From positions 1 through 52,369 of the forward strand of contig JBJSWO010000042.1 of NCBI GenBank assembly GCA_046085905.1: a DNA stretch of 52,369 bases, read 5' to 3'. Position 1 is the stretch's first letter; each line of letters opens with the position of its first letter. Positions 17,589-26,310 of the stretch are shown piece by piece. The notes below the pieces were generated by a model. It was not told the origin of the DNA and ran no database searches. It was given only the letters and a program-made list of their open reading frames with translations. Position numbers and translations under genes: made by a program. This stretch comes from Actinomycetes bacterium (GTDB lineage: Bacteria > Actinomycetota > Actinomycetes > S36-B12).

Positions 17589-18719
17589 GTGGCTGCTCCC
17601 AGGTTCTATGTCGCCTGCCCTCTGGGTGATCGCACGGGTGGCCCTGAGGCCCTGGCGCTTATGGTTCATTCGATTCGGCAGCGCGGCTACGAGGCCTTTC
17701 TCATCCCCATGCGCAACTTCAGGGGCAAGCTCCCCCATCCTGAGTACGACCACTTCGATTACGCGTTGGCCGACGCGATGCCGCGTGATGACAATGCGCA
17801 TCTTGTGCTGACGGAAGTGAGCCCGATCGAGAGCAAGCGCGAACTCGACTCGACCCCCGATGAGAACATCTGGATGTTCTGGCTGAGCGTGAACTTCTCC
17901 CCGATTCCCCGCGCCCGCTACTTCCGCGCGGATGAGAGCGTGTGCTCCTTCCTTCCTCCGGGCAGCGCGCCCTGGACTCAGCCGGCGAACCTGTGGCCGT
18001 ACGACGATGAGGTCATCGACACCGGCTCCTTCCGCACCGTGCGTGAGGCGGCGCGCCGGAAGGGCGGCTTGTCACTCAAGACACTGGCCCCGACGGCAAT
18101 CGAGTCGATCTCCATCCGCTACGCGGAGCACACAGTTGGGCGCAAGATCAACTTCGGCACCCAGTCGTTCTACGGGCAGGGCTTCGTGCGCACTCAGCTC
18201 GGTGCAGACGCCTTCCAGCTGACCGACTATCCGCGATTGCCCCAGGTACGACCCGAACCTCGTGAGCGGAATCTTGTTCTGTACAACGGCGCCAAGGGGA
18301 AATGGAAGATTCCGGATCTGCAAGCGCTGCTTCCCACGGTGAATTTCGTTCCTATTCAGGGAATGACCTTCGACGAGGTGTGCCAGCTGCTGTCGCGGGC
18401 CTCGCTCTATGTCGAGGTGGGCCATCTTCCGGGACGAGATCGGCTTGCCCGCGAGGCAGCGAACTACGGCACTCCCACTGTGCTCCTGGGTCGAGGAGCC
18501 GGTTACTGCTGGAACGATTTTCCCATCGGCGAGAAGTTCCGCATCCCGTATACGACGGATTGGGCCACTCACATGGCGCCGATTATCAACGAGGTGCTCG
18601 CTGATCCGAGTGAGATTCTCGCCGTGCAGGAACCCTTCCGCGAATGGGTCGCAGGCGAGCCAGCGCGATACGACCAAGCTCTGGATGGTTGGCTGGAGCG
18701 GGTTGTCGCACGTTCGTGA
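17589..18719 (+). CDS. Hypothetical protein, possibly a divergent GT-B fold enzyme
   Basis: 376 aa, GTG start. N-terminus FYVACPLGDRTGGPEALALMVHSIRQRGYEA resembles GT-B N-lobes. C-lobe-like YVEVGHLPGRDRLAREAANYGTPTVL. No canonical ExxxxxxxE motif. Confidence 0.45.
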   Translation: MAAPRFYVACPLGDRTGGPEALALMVHSIRQRGYEAFLIPMRNFRGKLPHPEYDHFDYALADAMPRDDNAHLVLTEVSPIESKRELDSTPDENIWMFWLSVNFSPIPRARYFRADESVCSFLPPGSAPWTQPANLWPYDDEVIDTGSFRTVREAARRKGGLSLKTLAPTAIESISIRYAEHTVGRKINFGTQSFYGQGFVRTQLGADAFQLTDYPRLPQVRPEPRERNLVLYNGAKGKWKIPDLQALLPTVNFVPIQGMTFDEVCQLLSRASLYVEVGHLPGRDRLAREAANYGTPTVLLGRGAGYCWNDFPIGEKFRIPYTTDWATHMAPIINEVLADPSEILAVQEPFREWVAGEPARYDQALDGWLERVVARS

Positions 18720-18746
18720 CTGATTCGTGCGCAATAGAATGTGGTC

Positions 18747-19835
18747 ATGCGTGTAGCCCTGGATGAGCAGATCTTTGCCATCCAGGCCTACGGAGGCATC
18801 TCTCGCATGTTCGCGGAGTTGGCACGGCAGTTCGTCGTGGGCAAGGCAAATGATGTGCAGATTCTTCCACTGAGCGCACCGGTGATCACGAGATACCTGC
18901 TGGATGACCCGGAGTTGCGGAAAGCGCTCGGCGTGCATGAGGCACGCAATGAATGGACTGCACTGGCCAGGTACTTCACGCGGCTTCGCATTCACCCCCG
19001 CAGCGAGATCGTGCACAACACCTTTTACTTGCCACATGGGCTCGCCCCGACTCGAGGTGCCAAGCGCATCGTCACGGTTCACGACATGATTCCCGAGCTG
19101 ATGCCCTACACGCGCAGACGGCTGGACCTGCTCACCTTGAAGCGCCGATACGTCGATACCGCCGATCACGTCATCTGCGTCTCCGAGGCAACCAAGCGCG
19201 ACCTGCTCGAGGTCTACGGGCCGATCAAGGCACCCATCTCGGTCGTGCATCACGGAGTCGATGCACGGTTCACCACGGGCGGCGCGCCCCTGCCGGGTTG
19301 GCCTGCTCGCTACGTGCTGATGGTGGGCAATCGATCGCAGTACAAGGATGCTGAAGTGCTCTTCCGCGCTTTCTCCCGCGTTGCTCTCGAGCACGGCGAT
19401 ATCCACTTGGTCTGCCTGGGCGGCGGAACGTTCACGGCAGAGGAGGTGTCTCAACTCGAAAGCCTGGGCATCGTTGATCGATGCCACCAGCACGGGCTGC
19501 CGGATGAGCAGATGCCGGCGGCGTACTCCAATGCCGAGGTATTCGTCTTCCCCTCGAGATTCGAGGGATTCGGCCTTCCCGCGCTCGAGGCCATGGCATG
19601 CGGCACGCCCACGGTTCTTGCCGACGCCACGTCCCTCCCGGAGGTAGGGGGCGATGCGGCTCTGTACTTCCCCGCAGGTGATGACTCGGCATTGGCCATG
19701 CAGATCTCCCGAATCCTCGTAGATCCTCAATTGGTCGCTGGGCTGCGCCTTCGCGGACTTGCACGAGCGGGCCAATTCACCTGGCCTGAGGCCGCAAATC
19801 GCACGGAAGCTGTCTACCGTTCAGCGCTCGCCTAG
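18747..19835 (+). CDS. GT4-family glycosyltransferase (mannosyltransferase-like)
   Basis: MRVALDEQIFAIQAYGGISR start typical of GT4. VFVFPSRFEGFGLPALEAMACGTPTVLAD motif. The upstream GTG 18741 is also possible. Confidence 0.8.
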   Translation: MRVALDEQIFAIQAYGGISRMFAELARQFVVGKANDVQILPLSAPVITRYLLDDPELRKALGVHEARNEWTALARYFTRLRIHPRSEIVHNTFYLPHGLAPTRGAKRIVTVHDMIPELMPYTRRRLDLLTLKRRYVDTADHVICVSEATKRDLLEVYGPIKAPISVVHHGVDARFTTGGAPLPGWPARYVLMVGNRSQYKDAEVLFRAFSRVALEHGDIHLVCLGGGTFTAEEVSQLESLGIVDRCHQHGLPDEQMPAAYSNAEVFVFPSRFEGFGLPALEAMACGTPTVLADATSLPEVGGDAALYFPAGDDSALAMQISRILVDPQLVAGLRLRGLARAGQFTWPEAANRTEAVYRSALA

Positions 19836-19875
19836 TGAATCAGGGGTATTCTGGGTCTCCCCATCCGAGGAGATC

Positions 19876-21405
19876 GTGAACACTTCGCAACGTCCGGCCG
19901 GCGTCAGAGCCGAGCATGACTCCCTTGAGGGTTACCTGACTGGTGTACTCAGCGATGAGAAGCTGGCTCGGCCCCTGATGGTCTCGTTCACTCAATGGGA
20001 TTTCGCGATTGGTGCGATCGCCGAGACGATTCTCACGCTCAAGGAGATGGGCTCGCAACCCTCGCTGGCTCTGTGGTCGGACCTGACTCCTGTCAGGGAC
20101 TTCGGCTGGCAGGTGGACCACCGAGTTGCGTCATTGTTGCGTTCTCCATCCATTGATCAACGACTTCGCCGGGCCTTGCGCAGCGCGGGCGTTCCTAAGC
20201 AGTGGTTTGTCGAGCCCCCCATCCGGCGATGGTCGCCTCAGGGTGAGTTGCCCGCGCCGACCGTGACGAACAGGACTTCACTGCGAGCGCTGGAGTATCG
20301 GAACTCCCCGCTGGGGCGGGCGCTATTGCAGGTTCACCCCGACAAGAACACGCCGATCACCGATGACCACCTCTGGCCCACGAAATACGTGAAGGCCGCG
20401 ATTGAGTCCTACGCCTTCGTTTTCGATCAAACCTGTGAACTGATCAAGAAGCGAGGCATCACCTCGGTGATCGTCTATAACGGTCGATTCCTCCATGACA
20501 GCGCCGTTGCCGCGGCAGCCGAGGCCGCGAGTCTGCCAATTCTCTATTACGACTTCGGGGGACTGGATACGGACTTCGACCTCACCATCGACGAAACCCA
20601 TGATTGGTCGGCGCTGCAAGGACGAATGCTTCGCATGTATGAGAACTGGCCGGCCGAGGAGCGTGATGAGCTCGGCAGCAGCTGGTTCGAAGGGCGCATC
20701 GGCCACACCGATCCGAACAATGCCCTTTACACCGGCACGCAGAGCATCGGCCTCGGCATTGAAAGTGTTGATGATCGGCCCATTGCTGTCTACTTCAGCT
20801 CCTCCGGTGATGAGATATCCGAACTTGACCTGGATTGGAGCGAGTACTTCTTCGGACAGCCGGAGGCCTTGATCGCCGTGTCCAAGGCTTGCAGGGCAGC
20901 GGGCTATACCTTCGTTGTGCGCAGCCATCCGCATAAGCGACTGAAGCCGAAACAGGATCTGCTCGACTGGCTCGATGCAGTGGCCGCCGCTGCTCCGGAT
21001 GTACACCTGGACCCTTACTCACCGGTGGATTCCTACACGCTCATGCGCCAGGCCGATGTGGTGATCACTTACGGTTCTACAACCGGCGTTGAAGCTGGCT
21101 TTCACGGTCGCCCGGTGATCGTCATGGGCCCATCGGCCTATGACGAACTCGGTTGCGCCACCCGTGTACGCACGGAGCAGGAATTGCTCGAAGCTTTGTC
21201 GGGCACCCTGGTTTCCTCCAAGCAAGGAGCGATTCCGTACGGCCTGATGATGCGTCGCCGTGGATTCGTCTACCGATTCGTGTCTCGTCTTCCCGATGGA
21301 TCGCGTACCTTGGCGGGGGTTCCGCTGGTAGAGGCCAAACCGATGGTCAGGCACATCAGTCACCGGCTTAATCGCATGCGGATGTCATCGCTCACACGCA
21401 ATTAG
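19876..21405 (+). CDS. Capsule-synthesis (KpsC/KpsS-like) family protein; alternative is a TagF-like phosphotransferase
   Basis: VVRSHPHKR and ADVVITYGSTTGVEAGFHGRPVIVMGPSAYDELG resemble the HP...R and S-T-x-G-x-E-A / GxxxY motifs of KpsS/KpsC-type enzymes. Start set at GTG 19876 (after GAGGAG), because the listed 19759 start overlaps the upstream gene by 77 nt. Confidence 0.4.
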   Translation: MNTSQRPAGVRAEHDSLEGYLTGVLSDEKLARPLMVSFTQWDFAIGAIAETILTLKEMGSQPSLALWSDLTPVRDFGWQVDHRVASLLRSPSIDQRLRRALRSAGVPKQWFVEPPIRRWSPQGELPAPTVTNRTSLRALEYRNSPLGRALLQVHPDKNTPITDDHLWPTKYVKAAIESYAFVFDQTCELIKKRGITSVIVYNGRFLHDSAVAAAAEAASLPILYYDFGGLDTDFDLTIDETHDWSALQGRMLRMYENWPAEERDELGSSWFEGRIGHTDPNNALYTGTQSIGLGIESVDDRPIAVYFSSSGDEISELDLDWSEYFFGQPEALIAVSKACRAAGYTFVVRSHPHKRLKPKQDLLDWLDAVAAAAPDVHLDPYSPVDSYTLMRQADVVITYGSTTGVEAGFHGRPVIVMGPSAYDELGCATRVRTEQELLEALSGTLVSSKQGAIPYGLMMRRRGFVYRFVSRLPDGSRTLAGVPLVEAKPMVRHISHRLNRMRMSSLTRN

Positions 21406-21445
21406 TACGAAGCACAAAGCACAAAGCTCGGTACGAGGGGAATTC

Positions 21446-22096
21446 ATGGCTGGCATCCGGGAGTCAATTCGGAGTCGGATCCCGTTCAGCACGGAGATCT
21501 ACGAGAGAATGTTCATGCGTCGCGGGATGGCACCTACGCAGGGCAGGGTCAAGGCCTTGATCGCGAGTGGGAATCCGATCAAGCTCGACATCGGGGGAGC
21601 CGATGCGGGTTCGAATGGCTGGACTACTCTCGACATCACTCGAGAGTGCGACCTCTTCTGGGACCTTCGGCGCGGGATTCCCTTCCCCGACTCCACCGTC
21701 GATGCGGTGTACTCGTCGCACTTCTTCGAGCACCTCTCCTATGCAGAGGGGCAGGAAATCCTGAGGGAGGGCCTCCGGGTACTGAAGCCCGGCGGGACCT
21801 TCTCCGTGTGCGTGCCCAATGCGCGGATGTACATCGAGGCTTACCTTGGCATCCGTGAGGTTCCGGACTCGTACTTTGCCTGGAAGCCGGCAATGAACCA
21901 GACGACCGCCATCGACGCGATCAACTACGTCGCCTACATGGGCGGCGAGCACAAGTACATGTTCGACATTGACAACCTCCTGCATCTCCTTGCTCAGGCA
22001 GGTTTCGTCGATGTTCAAGAGCGAGATTTCGAGCCCGGGTTGGATCGGGAGGAACGCGACTTCGAATCCATCTACGCGATCGGCGTGAAGCCCTGA
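21446..22096 (+). CDS. Class I SAM-dependent methyltransferase
   Basis: IKLDIGGADAGSNGWTTLDI, VDAVYSSHFFEHL and LREGLRVLKPGGTFSVCVPN are Methyltransf_11/23-like motifs. Confidence 0.7.
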   Translation: MAGIRESIRSRIPFSTEIYERMFMRRGMAPTQGRVKALIASGNPIKLDIGGADAGSNGWTTLDITRECDLFWDLRRGIPFPDSTVDAVYSSHFFEHLSYAEGQEILREGLRVLKPGGTFSVCVPNARMYIEAYLGIREVPDSYFAWKPAMNQTTAIDAINYVAYMGGEHKYMFDIDNLLHLLAQAGFVDVQERDFEPGLDREERDFESIYAIGVKP

Positions 22097-22100
22097 GCCA

Positions 22101-23120
22101 TTAGCTCAGCACCGAGTTGGCGTAGCGCTGAAGAACCCAGGGCATCGCGGCATAGCGCCGCTGCGTCCTTTCGGTGGGAACGAAGGCCGGTCGCTCGTAG
22201 TCCATGCCGAAGAGCGAGGTCGAGAACTCGTTCTCCAGGGCCAGTCGATCTGCGGTGATCGGTGTCTTGCCCTTGTGCAGGCCGATCGTGTCGACGGCCA
22301 TGATGGTGCCGGCAGGGCCGGTGAGTTCGTTGACATTTCCCCAGAGACCGGCTTCGTGCACTGCCTCGTCGGTCATCCTGCCATCGGGGCGCAGTGACCA
22401 GGGGATGCTTCGATGAGATTCGCGGAGGTAGATGTGGGGCCCGGTATCCGCGGTCACATCGGTGAGGTACATGAAGAACTTCAGGAACGAGAGTCGATCG
22501 CGATCCTGGTGGAACATCTGGGCGTTGAGATTGGCATCCTCTGCACGCTTGTTCGTTGTCCACCAGAAGGCAACCTCATCCATGATCACGGGCTGGTTCA
22601 GGTACTTCTGAGCGATCAAGGCGAGGGCCGGGTCGGTAGCGAAATCCTGGACCTCGGCGCAACCCAGGGCTTCGGTCTCCTCGATGTCGTAGCGTCCGAC
22701 CTGCGGTGCCGATCGCGGGTAGATCTCGGGAGCAGTGCCGGCTCCGCGGGCCACGCAGGGCACCTGCTCGGCGTAGGCGCGGATCGCATCCGTGATCGCG
22801 GTATCGGCCACTCGGTTGAAGACGTAGTAGCCATTCGCCCGCACTCCCGCCACGGCGGCATCGATTTCCGCCGGATCGATGAACGAACTCGTTGTGACAT
22901 CGGCGATCTGCCAGGCCAGCGGGTTGCGCTCGCGGATCGAGATGCGGGAGACCACCTTGCCGATGCGCGGGTCGAGGCTCATGCCCGAGCGCATGTTGAA
23001 CTGGCTCTGACCCTCGGTCTGATCGGGAGTGACTCGGGCCCGGGAGAACTTGCGGGCGGCGACAACCGTCTTCGCGAGCCGAGTCGCATTGAGGGCATTC
23101 TCGACAATTGCGTGGGCCAC
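22101..23120 (-). CDS. PhyH-family Fe(II)/2-oxoglutarate-dependent dioxygenase
   Basis: MFHQDRDRLSFLKFFMYLTDVTADTGPHIYLRESH contains the HxD iron ligands. The distal His lies in AVDTIGLHKGKTP. Length and spacing fit phytanoyl-CoA-dioxygenase-like proteins. Confidence 0.55.
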   Translation of the reverse strand: MAHAIVENALNATRLAKTVVAARKFSRARVTPDQTEGQSQFNMRSGMSLDPRIGKVVSRISIRERNPLAWQIADVTTSSFIDPAEIDAAVAGVRANGYYVFNRVADTAITDAIRAYAEQVPCVARGAGTAPEIYPRSAPQVGRYDIEETEALGCAEVQDFATDPALALIAQKYLNQPVIMDEVAFWWTTNKRAEDANLNAQMFHQDRDRLSFLKFFMYLTDVTADTGPHIYLRESHRSIPWSLRPDGRMTDEAVHEAGLWGNVNELTGPAGTIMAVDTIGLHKGKTPITADRLALENEFSTSLFGMDYERPAFVPTERTQRRYAAMPWVLQRYANSVLS

Positions 23121-23153
23121 GGCTACTCCTTGCTGCAGATGACAGAATTCTAA

Positions 23154-24089
23154 TCAGCGCGAGCGCTTGAAGCGGCGTCGGAAGGTATCCGCCGCTTTCG
23201 CACCGATGATCTGCGTGACCTCTCCGTAGGAGAGATAGGGCGCGAGAGCCTGGGGCTTGGGTGCATCAGCGGGGAGTACGCCCATTCCGCGTGAGTAGTT
23301 CGAGTTGACCACGACGGCCAGGTATCCGCGTGCGATGTCAGCCTCGGTGACTCCTCGCAGGATGTACTCGAAGTGCTGATTCTCGTGATGGAAGACCTTC
23401 ACGAGTTCCTCGCGAGAGTGGACGGGGATGACCCCCGACTTTTGCAGCCAGAAGTTGTACCAAGTGAATTCGTAGGGGGCCTCGGCGAGCGCATCCCGAT
23501 AGGTCCATTCGCGTGGCGCGAGGAAGTCGGAGACGAATGACCGCAGCACCGTGGTCGAGAACACCTGGTGCCCGTGGCAGGTCAGCATCACCGAATCGGG
23601 CAGGCCGATGATCTCGGCAATGCGAAGCAGTGCTCCTTCTCGAGACTCCCAGTACTGCGCGTAATAGCGGGGTTCGACCTTGAGCTCATTGCTCTCGACG
23701 AGAACGCTGTACGGGAAACCATCGGGTGCGAGGAAGTCGGAGGCATGGAGATCGCGGATGATGACCGCGTCGGAGTCGATGCAGAAGTAGTTCTCGGCGA
23801 GACCGAGCTCGTGGAAGGCGAGCTTGACGATCTCCTGGTTGATGTAACCGGGGCGAGTGCCGTTGAGCTCCTCAGTGACGAAGTACCCCTCCAAGGGTGA
23901 CTCATCCATCACCACGACGTGCTCGGAAGCGAGCGTTCCGAACATTGGCAAGTCATCGTTCGGCACCACGCAGAAGAGGGTCAGGCCTTCGGGATTGTGC
24001 CACGTGAAACTCTCCACCAGTCGCTGTGCGAATGCGAAGTCGCCGGAGTACGACTTCAGCATCAGCGCTATGGGGAGGCTCTCGGTCAT
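23154..24089 (-). CDS. Uncharacterised protein, DUF6492-like putative GT-A nucleotide-sugar transferase
   Basis: 311 aa. PGYINQEIVKLAFHELGLAENYFCIDSDAVII (DxD-like DSD) resembles the DUF6492 / GT8-like pattern. The assignment is from memory of the family only. Confidence 0.35.
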   Translation of the reverse strand: MTESLPIALMLKSYSGDFAFAQRLVESFTWHNPEGLTLFCVVPNDDLPMFGTLASEHVVVMDESPLEGYFVTEELNGTRPGYINQEIVKLAFHELGLAENYFCIDSDAVIIRDLHASDFLAPDGFPYSVLVESNELKVEPRYYAQYWESREGALLRIAEIIGLPDSVMLTCHGHQVFSTTVLRSFVSDFLAPREWTYRDALAEAPYEFTWYNFWLQKSGVIPVHSREELVKVFHHENQHFEYILRGVTEADIARGYLAVVVNSNYSRGMGVLPADAPKPQALAPYLSYGEVTQIIGAKAADTFRRRFKRSR

Positions 24090-24967
24090 GCAGGCTTCTT
24101 CACTGCCTCGATGAGCCCGGCCGAGCAGAGGAACATTCCTCGCCAGGTGCCTTCATGCTCGAGTGCCACCTGGGCCTTGCGGTACTCCATCGGATCGATC
24201 TGCCCGGCGAGCATTGGGTAGGCGGGGTGGTAGTTGTACCAGTGGAACTCGAGGTCGCTGTAGCCGTGAGCCTTAACGAGTTCGGCGAGCTCGAAGGGGT
24301 TGTGGAAGCGCGACAGGATCTCGTCGTATCCATCGCCGGTCGGTCGGGTGCGCAGCGGAGGCTTGTCGACTGCGAGCCGGGCATCGAGGTCGGTAGCGAC
24401 GACATCACGAATGGCGTCCGGCACGTCGACGAGCAACTCGTCGAGGATGAACTCCTTGGTGAGTCGATTGAACGTGAACATCGAGAACATCGAGTTGCGG
24501 AACTGCAATAGCAACTTTCCGCCGGGGCGAAGGAAGGAATCCATCGCCGAGACGAAAGCCGAGTCGTCGCTGACGTGCGGAATTACGCCCAGGGCCATCA
24601 CCGCGTCGAACTCGCCGACTCGTTCGCGCTCTGCGGCCATAGCCCCCGAATCCTGTGCGTCCACGTGGGTGATCGCCTCAGGATCGAGACCTCGCGCTTC
24701 CATGTTCGCCCGAGCGACCCTGACCATCTCGGGGGAGAGATCATTTCCGGCTACGCGAATGCCCGCGGCTCCGATCGCGCACAGCGGGCTCGCATCGCCG
24801 ACTCCAAGCTCGTAGACCGATGACGACCCCGCCTTGGCGAGAAGGCGCTGCACGAGCTGAAGCCTGAAGAGATTGGCCGGGTACTCCGGGTTGGTCCACA
24901 GTTGAGTCTCGTCGTACTGATCTCCGTACGTCGAGGCGCTGCCGTCGTAGTGGGATGCGACGCTCAT
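24086..24967 (-). CDS. Class I SAM-dependent methyltransferase
   Basis: SVYELGVGDASPL (motif I), FDAVMALGVIPHV and LRPGGKLLLQFRN. 4-nt overlaps with both neighbours (24086-24089 and 24964-24967). Confidence 0.75.
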   Translation of the reverse strand: MSVASHYDGSASTYGDQYDETQLWTNPEYPANLFRLQLVQRLLAKAGSSSVYELGVGDASPLCAIGAAGIRVAGNDLSPEMVRVARANMEARGLDPEAITHVDAQDSGAMAAERERVGEFDAVMALGVIPHVSDDSAFVSAMDSFLRPGGKLLLQFRNSMFSMFTFNRLTKEFILDELLVDVPDAIRDVVATDLDARLAVDKPPLRTRPTGDGYDEILSRFHNPFELAELVKAHGYSDLEFHWYNYHPAYPMLAGQIDPMEYRKAQVALEHEGTWRGMFLCSAGLIEAVKKPA

Positions 24968-26292
24968 GCGGTCACCTTTCGTGGTGCGGTCACTTCGAGC
25001 AGTCCGTGCTCGAGAAGTTCGTCGATGATCAGTTGGACATCGTCAAGTGGAACTCCGAAGAGCTCTGACATGTCCTCGGCCGAGTGCGAGCCATCAGCGT
25101 AGGCGAGAACGTTGGTGCGCAGGATGATGACATCGGACACCGTTCGCGCGTGCATCGAGTGGTAGAGACCGCGGCGCCCGAGCTGGGGCTCGCCGAGCAC
25201 AGTGGCCTGGTAGTAGGTGGCACCCTCGAATGCGAGCACGCAGTCGCGCACCAGGTCGAGGCCGCCTTGAAGACCCGTGGGAGTCACGATCGCGAGGTCA
25301 TCGAGGTGGGTGTGGTACTGGGGATAGGCCCCGTATTTCGTGCGCATGAGCGAGATCATGGGCAGATCGACACCCGGCATCCCGTACTGGCGCTCGTCGC
25401 TTCCGCGATCGAGATATGAATACACGACGGGTTGCGGCGTTCGGGCGATCAGGCGGCGAGCGATGCGGTCAAGCGGATGATTGGCCAGTCGAGAGGCCAT
25501 GTAGGAGTAGTCGCCATCGTCACCGATGCAGGTCAGGTTGTAGGCGGCAACGACATTGGCACGCAGGTGCTCGAGGTTGCGCGAGATGTAGGTGATCGCG
25601 CCGATCGTCTCCGGAGCGAAGACGAAGCGGTAGGTGTACCGACGCGATGGAAGTGACATCAGCCATTGCGCGAGGCCGACGGAGACCATCGGTCCCGAGA
25701 GCTCGTTGTTGGCCAGCGACGGGTGGCAGATATACGTCGTGATCAGCACCTCATCGGTGGTATCGCCGGGTATGACCAGTTCGCCATACGTGAGACTGCC
25801 CGCTTCGAGCGTGCTGTCGATCACCGCGTGATACTCGCCGTCGACCAATGACTCGCGTTGCTCCGCTGTCAGGCAGAAGCCCCAGGTGCGGTTGTAGTAG
25901 CTCGTCACGTAGGGGATCGCGTTGCGATGCTCGGAATCCACATGCAGATGCGGTGCAAGTTCGTCGAGGCTGAGTCGAAGGTCCACGGGAATGGAATAGC
26001 CGACCACGTGGATGTTCGAATTCGCGAAGTCGATGACTCGCGAGCCATCCGGGCCCTCCAGGTAGGCGCCCTCGATATTCCACTCGTCGGGCACGGTCCA
26101 GTCGAGCACCTGGGTGCCGCTGGGCACCTCGGTCACCCTCAACCCGGGCAGCTCCTCCTGGAGGATGGCGAAAGTCTCCCGAACCCCGTTGCCGGTCAGG
26201 CTCCGGCAGATGGGGAAGAGCCGAGTGGCGAGGTCGTGAAGGCGCTGGCCCTCGGCGGGCGGCGTCAGCGCGTCGTCGATGGAGGCGGGCAC
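24964..26292 (-). CDS. DUF4910 / aminopeptidase-like (COG4310-type) protein with C-terminal winged-helix-like tail
   Basis: LATRLFPICRSLTGNGVRETFAILQEE...VPSGTQVLDWTVPDEWNI...ICHPSLANNELSGPMV is the pattern of the uncharacterised aminopeptidase-like family found in polysaccharide loci. Start placed at GTG 26292 (442 aa). The 532-aa listed ORF extends into the divergent GT2 gene. Confidence 0.6.
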   Translation of the reverse strand: MPASIDDALTPPAEGQRLHDLATRLFPICRSLTGNGVRETFAILQEELPGLRVTEVPSGTQVLDWTVPDEWNIEGAYLEGPDGSRVIDFANSNIHVVGYSIPVDLRLSLDELAPHLHVDSEHRNAIPYVTSYYNRTWGFCLTAEQRESLVDGEYHAVIDSTLEAGSLTYGELVIPGDTTDEVLITTYICHPSLANNELSGPMVSVGLAQWLMSLPSRRYTYRFVFAPETIGAITYISRNLEHLRANVVAAYNLTCIGDDGDYSYMASRLANHPLDRIARRLIARTPQPVVYSYLDRGSDERQYGMPGVDLPMISLMRTKYGAYPQYHTHLDDLAIVTPTGLQGGLDLVRDCVLAFEGATYYQATVLGEPQLGRRGLYHSMHARTVSDVIILRTNVLAYADGSHSAEDMSELFGVPLDDVQLIIDELLEHGLLEVTAPRKVTA

Positions 26293-26310
26293 GTTGCCTA
26301 CGATAACGGC

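Noticed and set aside
18072-19775. 567-aa ORF on the minus strand, the longest unexplained ORF in the track
   Set aside because: It is antisense to two + strand genes, one of which carries an unmistakable GT4 motif (FPSRFEGFGLPALEAMACGTPTV). Its translation is Arg/Gly/Ala/His-rich and has no recognisable motif. This is a typical stop-poor antisense frame in high-GC DNA.
21411-21424. Tandem heptamer AGCACAA x2 in the spacer before the 21446 methyltransferase gene
   Set aside because: Only two copies in a 40-nt spacer. This is too short to call a repeat element or operator.
22413-23153. Plus-strand 246-aa ORF
   Set aside because: It is antisense to the PhyH-like gene, which has an HxD...H triad. 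The plus frame is Gly/Arg/Asp/His-rich and low-complexity.
25858-26310. N-terminal 151 aa of the listed 415-aa + ORF, and the mirror 5' extension 26293..26562 of the 532-aa - ORF
   Set aside because: The two long ORFs overlap each other head to head. Family-typical sequence begins only after GTG 26311 (+) and after GTG 26292 (-), so the extensions are treated as non-coding-frame artefacts.
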